A DNA stretch of 64,000 nt from a virus (taxonomy: Duplodnaviria; Caudoviricetes), in the IMG/VR virus record IMGVR_UViG_3300024272_002379. One strand, written 5' to 3'. The stretch's first letter is position 1; each line of letters opens with the position of its first letter. The position numbers and the translations under genes were made by a program. The notes under the pieces are model-generated. The model did no database searches and was not told the origin of the DNA. It was given only the letters and a program-made list of their open reading frames with translations. Of this stretch, positions 37,662-47,672 are shown in pieces.

Positions 37662-37823
37662 GATATAAGCTGAAGTCTTGAAGCCAAGTATAGTCATGCG
37701 GTGGGTGGATATTTACATTAGGTCCAATGAGATTAGACTTTAGTATCTATCAAATAGAACTGTTGACTAAAAATAATGCCCAGCAAAAACCATATGCTGG
37801 GCTATTTTATTGGAGGAAATTAT

Positions 37824-38372
37824 ATGAATTTAATAGTAACTCTTTGCCTTATATGTATTTTTATTGAAATATATCATGTCTGTTACCATGATTACATATA
37901 TAATCAGATATTTAATCCAATGTCAAAAAGACATGAAATGATTAAGGCATATCAAGATTTATGGCGTAGCCATGTAAAATTCGTAAAAGGCTATAGAGAC
38001 AATAAGAAAAAAGAAGAAATCAGCCTTGAGGACATTGAGGCTATACAAAAACTAACACAATTTACAGAACATTTTGGAACAAAAAGCTCATTCTTTAAGA
38101 AAGAATTCGTAGATTATTTTGGCTCTCTAATGGTTGGTAAATTTGTTCTTCAGCAGTTCATTGAGATTGCGTATTCAATTATTATTATCATTATAGCGTT
38201 AAACTTACCAATTGGTATAGGACTTGTATTTTACATATTTATGATATTAATTTCATATTTCGCTCAGCAAAACGAAAAAGCCAATGCTGAAGATAAAATT
38301 AAATATCTCTACATAGCAGATACAATAATCTGCATTACGGTGTACTTTGTAATTATTTTTGCATATTGTTAA
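37824..38372 (+). CDS. hypothetical membrane protein
   Basis: Several TM helices; GGAGG SD before ATG 37824. Confidence 0.75.
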   Translation: MNLIVTLCLICIFIEIYHVCYHDYIYNQIFNPMSKRHEMIKAYQDLWRSHVKFVKGYRDNKKKEEISLEDIEAIQKLTQFTEHFGTKSSFFKKEFVDYFGSLMVGKFVLQQFIEIAYSIIIIIIALNLPIGIGLVFYIFMILISYFAQQNEKANAEDKIKYLYIADTIICITVYFVIIFAYC

Positions 38373-38417
38373 CACTTAGCCCCTTCCTAACGGAAGGGGC
38401 TTAAAATCTTATAGGAG

Positions 38418-39107
38418 GTGAATATCATGGGTAAGATATCAGGCGAGGTATCAAAAGGACTCGGAACAGCTATTGCAGAAGTACAGGAAAAGTTAGGTAT
38501 CACACCTGTAACTGAAGATTCTTCTGTAACACCAGAAGATTTACTTAATTCTGGAGTAAAAGCAAAACGAAAAAGAAGAACAAAAGCTGAAATGGAAGCC
38601 GCTCGTCAAGAAGCTAATTCTGAAGGAAATTCATTATTTGAGTCTTTAGTTGCATCTGGCAAAGAAGAAGAGGTAAGACCAAAGAATCATGAAGAATTCT
38701 GTGAATTAGAATTAAAGAAAGCTCACGAGAAAGGTTTACCTGACCCAGATTTTGACTTTAGAGCTTTTTATGAAAAAGGCCAAACTGCATATTATGTACG
38801 TGTTCAGGAAAGACTTGGTGAAAAGGAAATCATTAAGGTATTTTTAAGAACAATATACCCTAGAACAATGATTGGTTCTGAAGAAAAATCTTGTTGTCAT
38901 TGTATAGGTTACCATGAAAGAGACCGTGTTTTCGATACACCAAGAGAAGCACAAGCTTTCTATGATTCTATCACTATAGCCTCTAAATACGCTGAAGAGC
39001 CCAAATCGGAACGGAAAAAGCGTAGGGGTGCAGTTGATGACTTAGAAGAAGAAAACGGCGATTATCAGCTAAATACGAGCTTAGAGGAGATAATGAATGA
39101 AGATTAA
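38418..39107 (+). CDS. hypothetical protein with KRKRRTKAEMEAA motif
   Basis: ORF track; AGGAGG SD. Confidence 0.75.
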   Translation: MNIMGKISGEVSKGLGTAIAEVQEKLGITPVTEDSSVTPEDLLNSGVKAKRKRRTKAEMEAARQEANSEGNSLFESLVASGKEEEVRPKNHEEFCELELKKAHEKGLPDPDFDFRAFYEKGQTAYYVRVQERLGEKEIIKVFLRTIYPRTMIGSEEKSCCHCIGYHERDRVFDTPREAQAFYDSITIASKYAEEPKSERKKRRGAVDDLEEENGDYQLNTSLEEIMNED

Positions 39108-39273
39108 AACCTTTATATGTACAAAAATCAATCAGGAGCACTTAAAAAACGTTGAAAAAGAAGTAAATGCTTTTACTGCTAAACACAAAGTAGTAGATAT
39201 CAAAGTTAATACTACATCTAATAATTATGGAGCTGTTGTTGTTTATACTGTAATTTATGAAGGAGAAGAATAA
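39097..39273 (+). CDS. small hypothetical protein (58 aa)
   Basis: Read manually: MKIKTFICTK... Confidence 0.6.
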   Translation: MKIKTFICTKINQEHLKNVEKEVNAFTAKHKVVDIKVNTTSNNYGAVVVYTVIYEGEE

Positions 39274-39458
39274 TGGGCAGAAGTGAGTTAATCATTTATG
39301 ATGAAAACCTTCGTGTTAAAGAATCCATTACATGGAAAATACAGCAAAAAAGTCTCACTCTTCATCTAAGAGATGCAAAAGGAAACCCTGTAGCTAGAGC
39401 TAATGTACCTTTTGATACAATGAAAAAATTTATATTAGACAACAACAAAATGAAATAG
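39273..39458 (+). CDS. small hypothetical protein (paralog of next gene)
   Basis: ITW...R..KG.PVARA similarity to 39467. Confidence 0.7.
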   Translation: MGRSELIIYDENLRVKESITWKIQQKSLTLHLRDAKGNPVARANVPFDTMKKFILDNNKMK

Positions 39459-39466
39459 GAGGAGCT

Positions 39467-39655
39467 ATGGCTAACTATTTAAGAGTACCAGATACAGACT
39501 CGCATATTACATGGAGACAAGGTGTAACAAGCGATAGAAAAGGTGAAGCGTTAGACTTTACTGTAAGAAAACAAGATGGTACGCCAATTGCTAAAGCAAA
39601 AATTACAGCAGAACAGTTACATGCTTATATCTGTATGCATAACACAATGAAATAG
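39467..39655 (+). CDS. small hypothetical protein (paralog of previous gene)
   Basis: AGGAGG SD. Confidence 0.7.
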   Translation: MANYLRVPDTDSHITWRQGVTSDRKGEALDFTVRKQDGTPIAKAKITAEQLHAYICMHNTMK

Positions 39656-39664
39656 GAGGAATTC

Positions 39665-40051
39665 ATGAAAGACATTAAAAGAGTTTTAAAGTTCACCAAA
39701 TATGATACATACAATAGCATTAGAAAAGTAGCTGATGATATTGTTATATCATTAATGAACAATGAAACATTTAACAGACCACGTACATTTACATCAACAA
39801 TAGTGGTAAATCCTATATATCAGATAGGTGTTGGATTAGGCATTTTTATACCAAAATGTAGAGAGTATGGAGTTGAGAAAGATGAAAGATACATGCTTTA
39901 TGATATCAAAATCTATCAGGTTTTGGGTAATCGAAAAAGCAGAATATCTATCGCTCAAAATGAACAGCTAAGACAAATTGTATTAGGCAATGATATTGTT
40001 GAGCAAGAAGAAATTATTAAAATAGAGGAGGAGTCCGATGGTAAGCTTTGA
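39665..40051 (+). CDS. hypothetical protein
   Basis: AGGAGG SD. Confidence 0.75.
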   Translation: MKDIKRVLKFTKYDTYNSIRKVADDIVISLMNNETFNRPRTFTSTIVVNPIYQIGVGLGIFIPKCREYGVEKDERYMLYDIKIYQVLGNRKSRISIAQNEQLRQIVLGNDIVEQEEIIKIEEESDGKL

Positions 40052-40400
40052 AGATTTATCGCCTGAAGACCAGGCAAAAGTATTAGAAGAAGCAAAGCAG
40101 TTAGTTGATAAGGAAAACATTCGTAAGCACGCTGTTGCAATGTATGGTTTAAAGAAAAAAGAACTCACAAATGATTATCTTGAAATCATTTATAAATCAT
40201 TAGGGTTGAAACCAGGCCCTGAACAGTCTGCAATAAGACAGCGATACATATCCATGGTTAATTATCTATACAAGATAGCCATTAATGGTAAATATCGTGG
40301 CGAAAACGTAAAAGCCATGTCAACGGAAGAAGAATGGATTGCTTATCAGGATGTTTCTAATAAAGTTAAAACTTTATTGGTAAGCTGTTCAAAAAAGTAG
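40038..40400 (+). CDS. hypothetical protein
   Basis: GAGGAG SD. Confidence 0.75.
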   Translation: MVSFEDLSPEDQAKVLEEAKQLVDKENIRKHAVAMYGLKKKELTNDYLEIIYKSLGLKPGPEQSAIRQRYISMVNYLYKIAINGKYRGENVKAMSTEEEWIAYQDVSNKVKTLLVSCSKK

Positions 40401-40410
40401 GAGGTATGCT

Positions 40411-40674
40411 ATGAACGAAAATAAGTTATTGGCAGACATCTGGAAAATTAAAACATTACAGGAAATATTCAGTAGTGCAGAAATTTTTACATATACAGAA
40501 TCATTCATTATTGATGCATTTGCTGAAAAACACCACATCAAAAACGAGAATAGTGAACTTATCTTACTGTTAGAAGAAATGTATACGAAAAATCCAGATA
40601 AGATTCCTACTATCATGGAATTATTGGAAATCTGTAAAGAAAGCAATTTGATTGAGGAGGTAGAAAATGGCTAA
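40411..40674 (+). CDS. hypothetical protein
   Basis: AGGAGG SD. Confidence 0.7.
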   Translation: MNENKLLADIWKIKTLQEIFSSAEIFTYTESFIIDAFAEKHHIKNENSELILLLEEMYTKNPDKIPTIMELLEICKESNLIEEVENG

Positions 40675-41080
40675 GTTTAATATTTACGCCGTTGCTTACG
40701 GCATTAATCCAGAAACAAAACAACCTACATTCTGTCATAAATTTCGTACATGGGATGAATGTAAACCTTATGTAGTTGGAGTTGAGGGAGCGAAATACAA
40801 AGGATTCTTCACTGAAACCGAGGCTGATATGTGGTTGGAAAAAACTGTTCAGGATTTGGTTCAGGTTAATGAAAAAGACAAAGAAACTGAATATGTACCA
40901 GCTATTGAAATCATTGCTGCTCATGGTGTGGATGAATTTGAGGTACTGTGTGCTAATCTTCACTTAGATTCTCATACCGTTACACAGTTTCTTAAGAAGC
41001 AGTTTGTTGAGCAATACAGATTCCTTTGTGATAATACAATTGATGTATCTGATATATCAACTAAAACATCAACCGAATAA
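40667..41080 (+). CDS. RNase H1 N-terminal hybrid-binding (viroplasmin-like) domain protein without catalytic domain
   Basis: IYAVAYG...FRTWDECKPYVVGVEGAKYKGFFTETEA. Confidence 0.75.
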   Translation: MAKFNIYAVAYGINPETKQPTFCHKFRTWDECKPYVVGVEGAKYKGFFTETEADMWLEKTVQDLVQVNEKDKETEYVPAIEIIAAHGVDEFEVLCANLHLDSHTVTQFLKKQFVEQYRFLCDNTIDVSDISTKTSTE

Positions 41081-41108
41081 CTTTGTCTTGAGCCGAATGG
41101 ACATAGTT

Positions 41109-41153
41109 TCTCCCCCTAGCCCCGAAAAAATAAAAGCTAGGGGGAGATTTTTA
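41109..41153 (+). terminator. intrinsic terminator
   Basis: TCTCCCCCTAGC/GCTAGGGGGAGA plus T-tract. Confidence 0.65.
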
Positions 41154-41753
41154 CTTTGTCTCTCGCATTAAGACAGTATCTTTAGTTTGACTGTTATCTC
41201 AAACAATCCTCATACCCACATCCATGACGTTCCGTATGTGTAATCTCTAAATATAGATAACTAACATATACATCTATATGTTATTCAAGTATTTATATTA
41301 TCATTGAGATAATGGTATGAGCTCCCTATTTTTATATCATGGCCCACGAACCCGTCGTCTGTTTTATTATTGAAATAATGAGGATGACCGACGTAGCTTC
41401 CTCTACAGTATGCGTAAGATACTCCGCTATACTGCAACCGAGATTTTCTGAATGAGCTCTCGACACCACTACCGTTTATTATCCTGTGTGCGTCACCACA
41501 GTTATCTATTATTATACAGGTTTAATCCTGTCGTATTTACTAATAATCTAGTATAATCACTTAAAGCTGATTGGCACTTATCGTCTATCTGGGTTATTTT
41601 ATTATACGTAGCATATAGACTTTATCTACGTAATGATTATAAGTATTAATACATTTTTGATATGTATGCACATGTCTATGCAATTTTTGACATTAAAAAA
41701 GACCGTATCTGAATGATACAGTCATACTTAATACACATATCTTGTAAAGAATA

Positions 41754-41782
41754 TTGACAACACTATGGCAAAATGCTATAAT
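41754..41782 (+). promoter_or_regulatory. consensus sigma-A promoter with extended -10
   Basis: TTGACA-17-(TG.)TATAAT. Confidence 0.75.
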
Positions 41783-41964
41783 TATATAAATTCAATACAT
41801 TTCTATGTTTGGTATTCACTCTACCATTCAGAACCTAACTTGATACTTGCAATATCAATTAGGAGTTTTGTATTAATGCTATGGTAGCATAGCTACCAAT
41901 GAAAGTCAAGCTCATTCTTCGGAATGAGCTTTTTCTATGAGCAAAAATAAAAGGAGGTAACACC

Positions 41965-42126
41965 ATGATACTTAAAGCTGGAGAATCGTATACTGTAGAG
42001 CTTATAGTTACTATAGAAGAAGATGTTGATGAAGCAGTAATAGATGCTACAATTACAAATGCTCTCTATAATGATACACCAACAGAATCATTGACTATTG
42101 GCCATTATGAAGAGTTAACTATATAA
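41965..42126 (+). CDS. small acidic hypothetical protein (53 aa)
   Basis: AAGGAGG SD; MILKAGESYT... Confidence 0.6.
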   Translation: MILKAGESYTVELIVTIEEDVDEAVIDATITNALYNDTPTESLTIGHYEELTI

Positions 42127-42156
42127 AATTCCTAACGGAATAGTAAATAGAATATT

Positions 42157-42468
42157 ATGGAGGACAATACAATGTTCAATCTTATTCAAAGTACTCCAAT
42201 GTCTGGAGATTGTACCTGTGGATATATTGTGGATTTGCACAATGACTATACTGTTAATGAATTCATTCAAGAAGTGTTAACCGAACATAAAAAAGAATGG
42301 GGATGTTTTAGAATCAACGAAGGAGTTCATCGGAATAGAGGAATTCGTTGGTACAGATATGGAAGATTAGAGTCTGGCATGATACCAGAAGAACTTTTAG
42401 ACATGAAAATAGAAAAAGTTACCGCTAGAGGCGGTTGGTCCGCAATGGACTACACTATTACAATTTAG
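42157..42468 (+). CDS. hypothetical protein
   Basis: ORF track (true start probably MFNLIQ). Confidence 0.7.
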   Translation: MEDNTMFNLIQSTPMSGDCTCGYIVDLHNDYTVNEFIQEVLTEHKKEWGCFRINEGVHRNRGIRWYRYGRLESGMIPEELLDMKIEKVTARGGWSAMDYTITI

Positions 42469-42480
42469 GAGGACAAACTA

Positions 42481-42858
42481 ATGTTAATATTTTCAAACGT
42501 TGCATTATTTGAGAGAGTGTACGACGCTGCTGCAAAGTGTTATCCAGAACTTAAGGATGGCATTATCGTTGTTGACTTAAATGGTACTGATAATCTTAGT
42601 ATCTTTGAAGGAACTGGGGAAGACCTGGGAAAATATAAATTATCCTTAAAAATGGAAGAAAGTTACATTGAAAACGTTAAGTCTATTGCATTAGGCTTTG
42701 CAATGATTGTATGTCACAATAAACATGGTCAGATGGATTCTAAAAATATGACACAGGAACAGCAGGATGACCTTGTAAAAGTAACAACTAACATCATTGA
42801 AGCGTATGCAGATATTCCATCTCATGGAGAAATGGCATATGAGACAGGAGCGGTGTAA
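42481..42858 (+). CDS. hypothetical protein
   Basis: AGGAGG SD. Confidence 0.75.
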   Translation: MLIFSNVALFERVYDAAAKCYPELKDGIIVVDLNGTDNLSIFEGTGEDLGKYKLSLKMEESYIENVKSIALGFAMIVCHNKHGQMDSKNMTQEQQDDLVKVTTNIIEAYADIPSHGEMAYETGAV

Positions 42859-43313
42859 TGGTTAAAGAGATTCTTAAGGTAACTACACATAATGATGAGG
42901 TTGAAGCATTTTTAAGTCAACCATGTAAAAAAATAACAGATATCAGAAAAGCTAGAGAAATCGTTAAAGATTTGATTGACACAGCTTTACATAATAACGA
43001 ACACAATGGTACAAAATGTTGCGGACTTGCCGCAAATCAGATTGGTATCAATGCCAGAGTTATTATTGCTCAAATGCCTAATGGTAAATTTGAACCATTT
43101 ATTAATCCAGTTATTGTGGACCACTCAAAAGCAATAACTCAGAGTACAGAAGGATGTATGTCATTAGAAGGAACACGAGAAGTTCCTCGCTATCATAGTA
43201 TTATACTTATGGCTCAGGATATCAGTGGTAGATGGAACAAAAGAAAATTTACAGGATTTACAGCTATTGAGCTTCAGCATGAGATTGACCACACAAACGG
43301 CGTTTTGATTTAA
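42858..43313 (+). CDS. def: peptide deformylase
   Basis: GLAANQIG, EGCMS, QHEIDH motifs. Confidence 0.92.
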   Translation: MVKEILKVTTHNDEVEAFLSQPCKKITDIRKAREIVKDLIDTALHNNEHNGTKCCGLAANQIGINARVIIAQMPNGKFEPFINPVIVDHSKAITQSTEGCMSLEGTREVPRYHSIILMAQDISGRWNKRKFTGFTAIELQHEIDHTNGVLI

Positions 43314-43375
43314 TATTTACAATTGACACAGAAATTGGGGAATTTCTATACTCATTTAGTAAAGGAGGAAAAGAA

Positions 43376-43657
43376 ATGAACCTAGAAAATTTCAATGTAA
43401 ACGTAAATCAAGTTGCCACAGTTGTAACTGAACATACATTTTGGATTGGCGAAGATGCTAATATTGAGGTTGTTGTTGATTTATATGAACACAACGGCAG
43501 CTATCAAATAATGGCTCTTCTTAATGGTAGCGAAGAAATTGACACAATAGATTACGAAGGCTCCATTGACGATACAGATGAAGTTCTGGCAACCATGGAA
43601 AAACTGGTAAACGACAATGAAGATTACATTTTGGATTTAGCATTGTGGAATGATTAG
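43376..43657 (+). CDS. highly acidic small protein
   Basis: AAGGAGG SD; TTGACA-18-TATACT promoter upstream. Confidence 0.75.
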   Translation: MNLENFNVNVNQVATVVTEHTFWIGEDANIEVVVDLYEHNGSYQIMALLNGSEEIDTIDYEGSIDDTDEVLATMEKLVNDNEDYILDLALWND

Positions 43658-43683
43658 GCAGATGAAAATCTGCCTTTTTATTT

Positions 43684-43923
43684 TTGGAGGTAACCATGAA
43701 AGTAATTGGCACCAATGATGAAATAACATATTTAATGATGCAATGCCAAAACACAAAGTACGCATGTGAAGAATGCGTATTGTATAAATTTTGTTCTAAA
43801 GACATGTTTATACGTATGAAACCTGCAACTTTAGATGCTATCGAAACAGGAAAATATCAATCTATTCTTATATCGAAAGGAGATGATGAAGATGCCAGTA
43901 GAACACAGCAATCCAGTAATTAA
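43684..43923 (+). CDS. hypothetical protein
   Basis: ORF track; Cys cluster. Confidence 0.65.
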   Translation: MEVTMKVIGTNDEITYLMMQCQNTKYACEECVLYKFCSKDMFIRMKPATLDAIETGKYQSILISKGDDEDASRTQQSSN

Positions 43924-44764
43924 GGATTTAACTGACAAGATAGTAAGTGCTTTAAAAAGTCAAGGATTTGTGATTCAAAGATATGATGCATATTCAACAC
44001 ACTCCGTATATTTGAAATTAGATTATGGAGTGTGTAACACTATTCGGATTAGTGACCATGAAGGAAAACAGCACCTTAAGTACAGATACAATTTAATTAT
44101 TGGTGGAGAAGACAACATTACCGACGAAGAATATACAAGATATTTCTTCAACGAGAATAGTGTAAGTAGCTTATTGAATCAGATTTTATTTGATAAAACC
44201 ATAAAACTTCAAAAGTATGGTAAAACATCATACAAAAATTTTATGGTTAGAAATATGCTAGACCATAGAAACGAAAAAGGTTTTTGGAGAGACGCTAAGT
44301 TAATCACCAAAGGAATAAATGATGATTTGACAGAAACACAAGTCTCTAGGAGATATTCATCAAACCCATTTTCAACTCAAGATGATGTTATGACACTTAG
44401 ACAAATGCCAGATGGTACTTATGCATGTGGGCCAGACGTGGTATTGAACGAATATAAAAAAGTAGTTGTCAATCAGATGAATTTAGATGCAAACGCAAAA
44501 TTTCATCCAAACGAAAAGGTAAGAGTAACAGCTAGTTTTAATGAATTAGTTAATTATTATATGAGTGCCAACGAAACTATTAATCAGGCTAAAACACATG
44601 CATTACAAATCTTAAGTAAAGGATTTGACACTGAAGAGTACGATGTTGGAACTGTTATAGGTGCAACTCAGTGTGACGAAGGAATGTTCTATACATTAGA
44701 ATTGCCATTAATTCCAATGGAATTTTTGCCTGAAAGTTTTATTAGTAAATTAGGAGGTATCTAA
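43835..44764 (+). CDS. hypothetical protein (IRISDH motif)
   Basis: ORF track; true start probably near 43892. Confidence 0.75.
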   Translation: MLSKQENINLFLYRKEMMKMPVEHSNPVIKDLTDKIVSALKSQGFVIQRYDAYSTHSVYLKLDYGVCNTIRISDHEGKQHLKYRYNLIIGGEDNITDEEYTRYFFNENSVSSLLNQILFDKTIKLQKYGKTSYKNFMVRNMLDHRNEKGFWRDAKLITKGINDDLTETQVSRRYSSNPFSTQDDVMTLRQMPDGTYACGPDVVLNEYKKVVVNQMNLDANAKFHPNEKVRVTASFNELVNYYMSANETINQAKTHALQILSKGFDTEEYDVGTVIGATQCDEGMFYTLELPLIPMEFLPESFISKLGGI

Positions 44765-44964
44765 TGGATAAAGAAACAGCAGAACTTTTAAAAGGTGCAT
44801 TAGAAGTAGTAAACAAGGTTGAAGACCCTGAGCTACATAGCATGATTGAAAAATTTGATTACACTCCAGCTCCTGAACTGACATTAAATATTAATGAATA
44901 TCTTAATATTTATAATTGGTTAAAAGAGCTGGAACTGTATAGAAAAATATGTGGACCGCTATAA
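44764..44964 (+). CDS. hypothetical protein
   Basis: AGGAGG SD. Confidence 0.65.
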   Translation: MDKETAELLKGALEVVNKVEDPELHSMIEKFDYTPAPELTLNINEYLNIYNWLKELELYRKICGPL

Positions 44965-44979
44965 ACAGGAGGAAATACT

Positions 44980-45483
44980 ATGAAAACATTTCAAAAGACA
45001 AGTAACGGATATACACTCGAAATCATTATTGATGATGAAGAGTTACTTAAGAAACTGGACAAAGAAATACAGACATATCAGCATTTACTGGAAAAGCACG
45101 CTGAGCATGAAAAAGAACGAGTAGAGGCAGAAGAAAACAATAATGACGATTATTACGATTATCGTTGGGAATATAATATGCAGTCAGTTTACGGAGACCC
45201 AGAATCTGACTATTGTACTCCAGAAGAAATTATCAGAGACCTTAAAGAGTTCAAAAAGATTATTACTGATGCGGTAAATGGCGATGGTTCTGAATTATGG
45301 GCTAAGGTATCTCTTAAGAAAAATGGTACATTTAAGAAAACAGGTAAACCTACATTAAAAGAAGCTATCAATGGTTCTTACTGGGAAGATAGCTATGGCT
45401 GGAACGCTCAGGTTTTAAGACTTGAACCTACTGATGATACTCATGTTCATCTCAAATTAAGTCATGTTACGTTGCATTATTAG
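44980..45483 (+). CDS. hypothetical protein
   Basis: AGGAGG SD. Confidence 0.75.
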   Translation: MKTFQKTSNGYTLEIIIDDEELLKKLDKEIQTYQHLLEKHAEHEKERVEAEENNNDDYYDYRWEYNMQSVYGDPESDYCTPEEIIRDLKEFKKIITDAVNGDGSELWAKVSLKKNGTFKKTGKPTLKEAINGSYWEDSYGWNAQVLRLEPTDDTHVHLKLSHVTLHY

Positions 45484-45503
45484 GAGGTTGTTAAGGAGGT
45501 AAT

Positions 45504-46085
45504 ATGTTCGGAGAACCATACGAAATACCACAGCCAGAATATTATACCTTCGTTTATGAGGAACCAGATAACGGCTGGTGGTTAAAGATTGACTCAATAG
45601 AAAAATTGGGCGATTACATGATGAAAACTGAAGCAATGTACGGAGATTGCATGGAAGAGTATATGAGATATGCATTTCATCAGGAAGAGAATGAAGAAAA
45701 TCGTCTAAAGCTTAGTAATAGACTTCAGGCTATTATTATGTTTGGAGAAAGAAGACATCTTACTATTATTGATGCTATTATCCAGTTTAGAATGTGTGTA
45801 TTTTCTCAAATGTGTGAAGTTATAAGAGAATCTGGATATATAGTAATCAATAAAGTAGGTGGTTATCATCGTGGTCCAGTAGAGCATTCACAGTTTGTAA
45901 ACAGAAAAACATTTACTTGGCCTGATTTTCAGGAAAATGACATTCGTATATCTCAGTTTCCAGGAGGAGAACATTATTATGTTCGCATTGGTGACATGGA
46001 GCTTCATGAGAATGGTGCCATTAAATGGAACACTAGAGAGGAAGCTTTAACGGTAGCAAGAAGATATATCTCAAAGGAAGGGTGA
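45504..46085 (+). CDS. hypothetical protein
   Basis: AAGGAGG SD. Confidence 0.75.
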   Translation: MFGEPYEIPQPEYYTFVYEEPDNGWWLKIDSIEKLGDYMMKTEAMYGDCMEEYMRYAFHQEENEENRLKLSNRLQAIIMFGERRHLTIIDAIIQFRMCVFSQMCEVIRESGYIVINKVGGYHRGPVEHSQFVNRKTFTWPDFQENDIRISQFPGGEHYYVRIGDMELHENGAIKWNTREEALTVARRYISKEG

Positions 46086-46089
46086 TATC

Positions 46090-46290
46090 ATGTCTAACGA
46101 CGAACAATATATTGGTTCAATGTCTCCAACAATAGGAGTCAAAGAACACAGAGAGCTATTGCAAGTTACAAAACAAGTAGGTTTTTTACTTACACAAGAA
46201 GAATTTGCAAAAATAATGGCTGTCTATATGCAAACATTGGATAGAGTTTTTAAAGAAAATGGATTAGCGGAGGTAGAAGATGAAGATTAA
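46090..46290 (+). CDS. hypothetical protein
   Basis: ORF track. Confidence 0.65.
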   Translation: MSNDEQYIGSMSPTIGVKEHRELLQVTKQVGFLLTQEEFAKIMAVYMQTLDRVFKENGLAEVEDED

Positions 46291-46990
46291 ATCAGTAAAC
46301 AATGATTTGAAGAAATACGGTTATCCAACAGAGATGGAATACAATAATCACAATTTCAATGGACATCAGATTGGTGTAGCTGTATGTATTAAAAACAATG
46401 TAACAGGATTAATCGAAGAGAATTTCCTATCAGAAAGTCTCGGTGATAAAGCAAGTAGAGATTCGCTTCTGTCTGAATTACTTGCAGATGAAAATATAAC
46501 ATTAATTCCAGATATCATTACACAGTTTGACAGAGAAAATGGCGGTTTAATACCTAAAACAATTTATTATATTCCATATGTTGTAGAAAATCATTCAAGA
46601 TTTATTCCAACAGTAACGAATGATAACATTGTGGATTCTTGCAATGCTTCTTACGACATCAAGATAGAACTTCTTTTTACAGAAGAAGAAGTAAGTCGTT
46701 ATTTGGTAATACCATTTAAAACAAGGAATATATCCGTAATGGATTTGGTGTATAACCTATTTGAAGGTGACAGAGAAGATTTGAAAGAAGTTGGTATTGA
46801 ATGGCAAGACGGTTCAGACGATACAGAAGCAGGTTATACTCTTGACTTTTACACCAACACAGGTGAAAGATATAATCTTGTATTCAGTAACGGAGAAAGA
46901 TTAAGAGACGCAATTGCATCAATGCGTTTAATTGATATCGTATGCCATATAGATGGCGAGGACGAAGAAGATGGAAACAAATCTGAATAA
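46280..46990 (+). CDS. hypothetical protein
   Basis: GGAGG SD. Confidence 0.75.
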   Translation: MKIKSVNNDLKKYGYPTEMEYNNHNFNGHQIGVAVCIKNNVTGLIEENFLSESLGDKASRDSLLSELLADENITLIPDIITQFDRENGGLIPKTIYYIPYVVENHSRFIPTVTNDNIVDSCNASYDIKIELLFTEEEVSRYLVIPFKTRNISVMDLVYNLFEGDREDLKEVGIEWQDGSDDTEAGYTLDFYTNTGERYNLVFSNGERLRDAIASMRLIDIVCHIDGEDEEDGNKSE

Positions 46991-47669
46991 AATAAAAGAA
47001 ATGGCTAAACTTTTCTTGCATTTGCCTATACAAGAAGACAAACATCTACATCCGTTACTATGTGTTCACCATCCTTTTTTAGCTAGTTGTACAACATGTA
47101 TTAATCATGAATTTGTTAATCTCTTAGAAAATCCAGAAAGGTTATCAGATTTTCATGAGTACATGGAAGAACAAATAGATAAAGGTGATTTATGTAAGAT
47201 TTATGTTCTTATTAGAAAACCATATCGTTTAACCTTTTTAAAGCACTGTGAACCATATTTATCACCAAAAGATTTAGCTGAATATTTTGCAGATGCATGG
47301 GTTGCAAGCGAAAACCCAAATCAGGATGCAAATTGTCCAATTCCGTATCTAGTCAGAATGTTTAAGAAATGTAGCAAAGAACATCTTATGACAGAAGAAG
47401 ATTACGAAGTATATCAATCATTGCCTGAAACATTTACCATATATCGTGGTGTTGCAGTTGGAAGAAATCCAAAAGGATTATCATGGACTCAAAATTTCGA
47501 AAAAGCAAAATGGTTTTCTGAAAGATTTGACAGAGAAGATAAAAAAGGTTATATTCAGAAAGCAACAGCAAAGAAAGAAGATGTTCTAGCATACTTTAAT
47601 ACACGAGGAGAAGATGAAATCGTATATGACAGTAGAAAACTAGAAATATCTGTTTTTGAAGAGGTGTAA
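46971..47669 (+). CDS. putative ADP-ribosyltransferase-fold protein (R-S-E type)
   Basis: TIYRGV...GLSWT...RGEDEIV. Confidence 0.55.
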   Translation: METNLNKIKEMAKLFLHLPIQEDKHLHPLLCVHHPFLASCTTCINHEFVNLLENPERLSDFHEYMEEQIDKGDLCKIYVLIRKPYRLTFLKHCEPYLSPKDLAEYFADAWVASENPNQDANCPIPYLVRMFKKCSKEHLMTEEDYEVYQSLPETFTIYRGVAVGRNPKGLSWTQNFEKAKWFSERFDREDKKGYIQKATAKKEDVLAYFNTRGEDEIVYDSRKLEISVFEEV

Positions 47670-47672
47670 GTC

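Noticed and set aside
36890-37697. Minus-strand ORFs 36890-37123, 37390-37584 and 37494-37697
   Set aside because: Antisense to ncRNA and tRNA features; no SD
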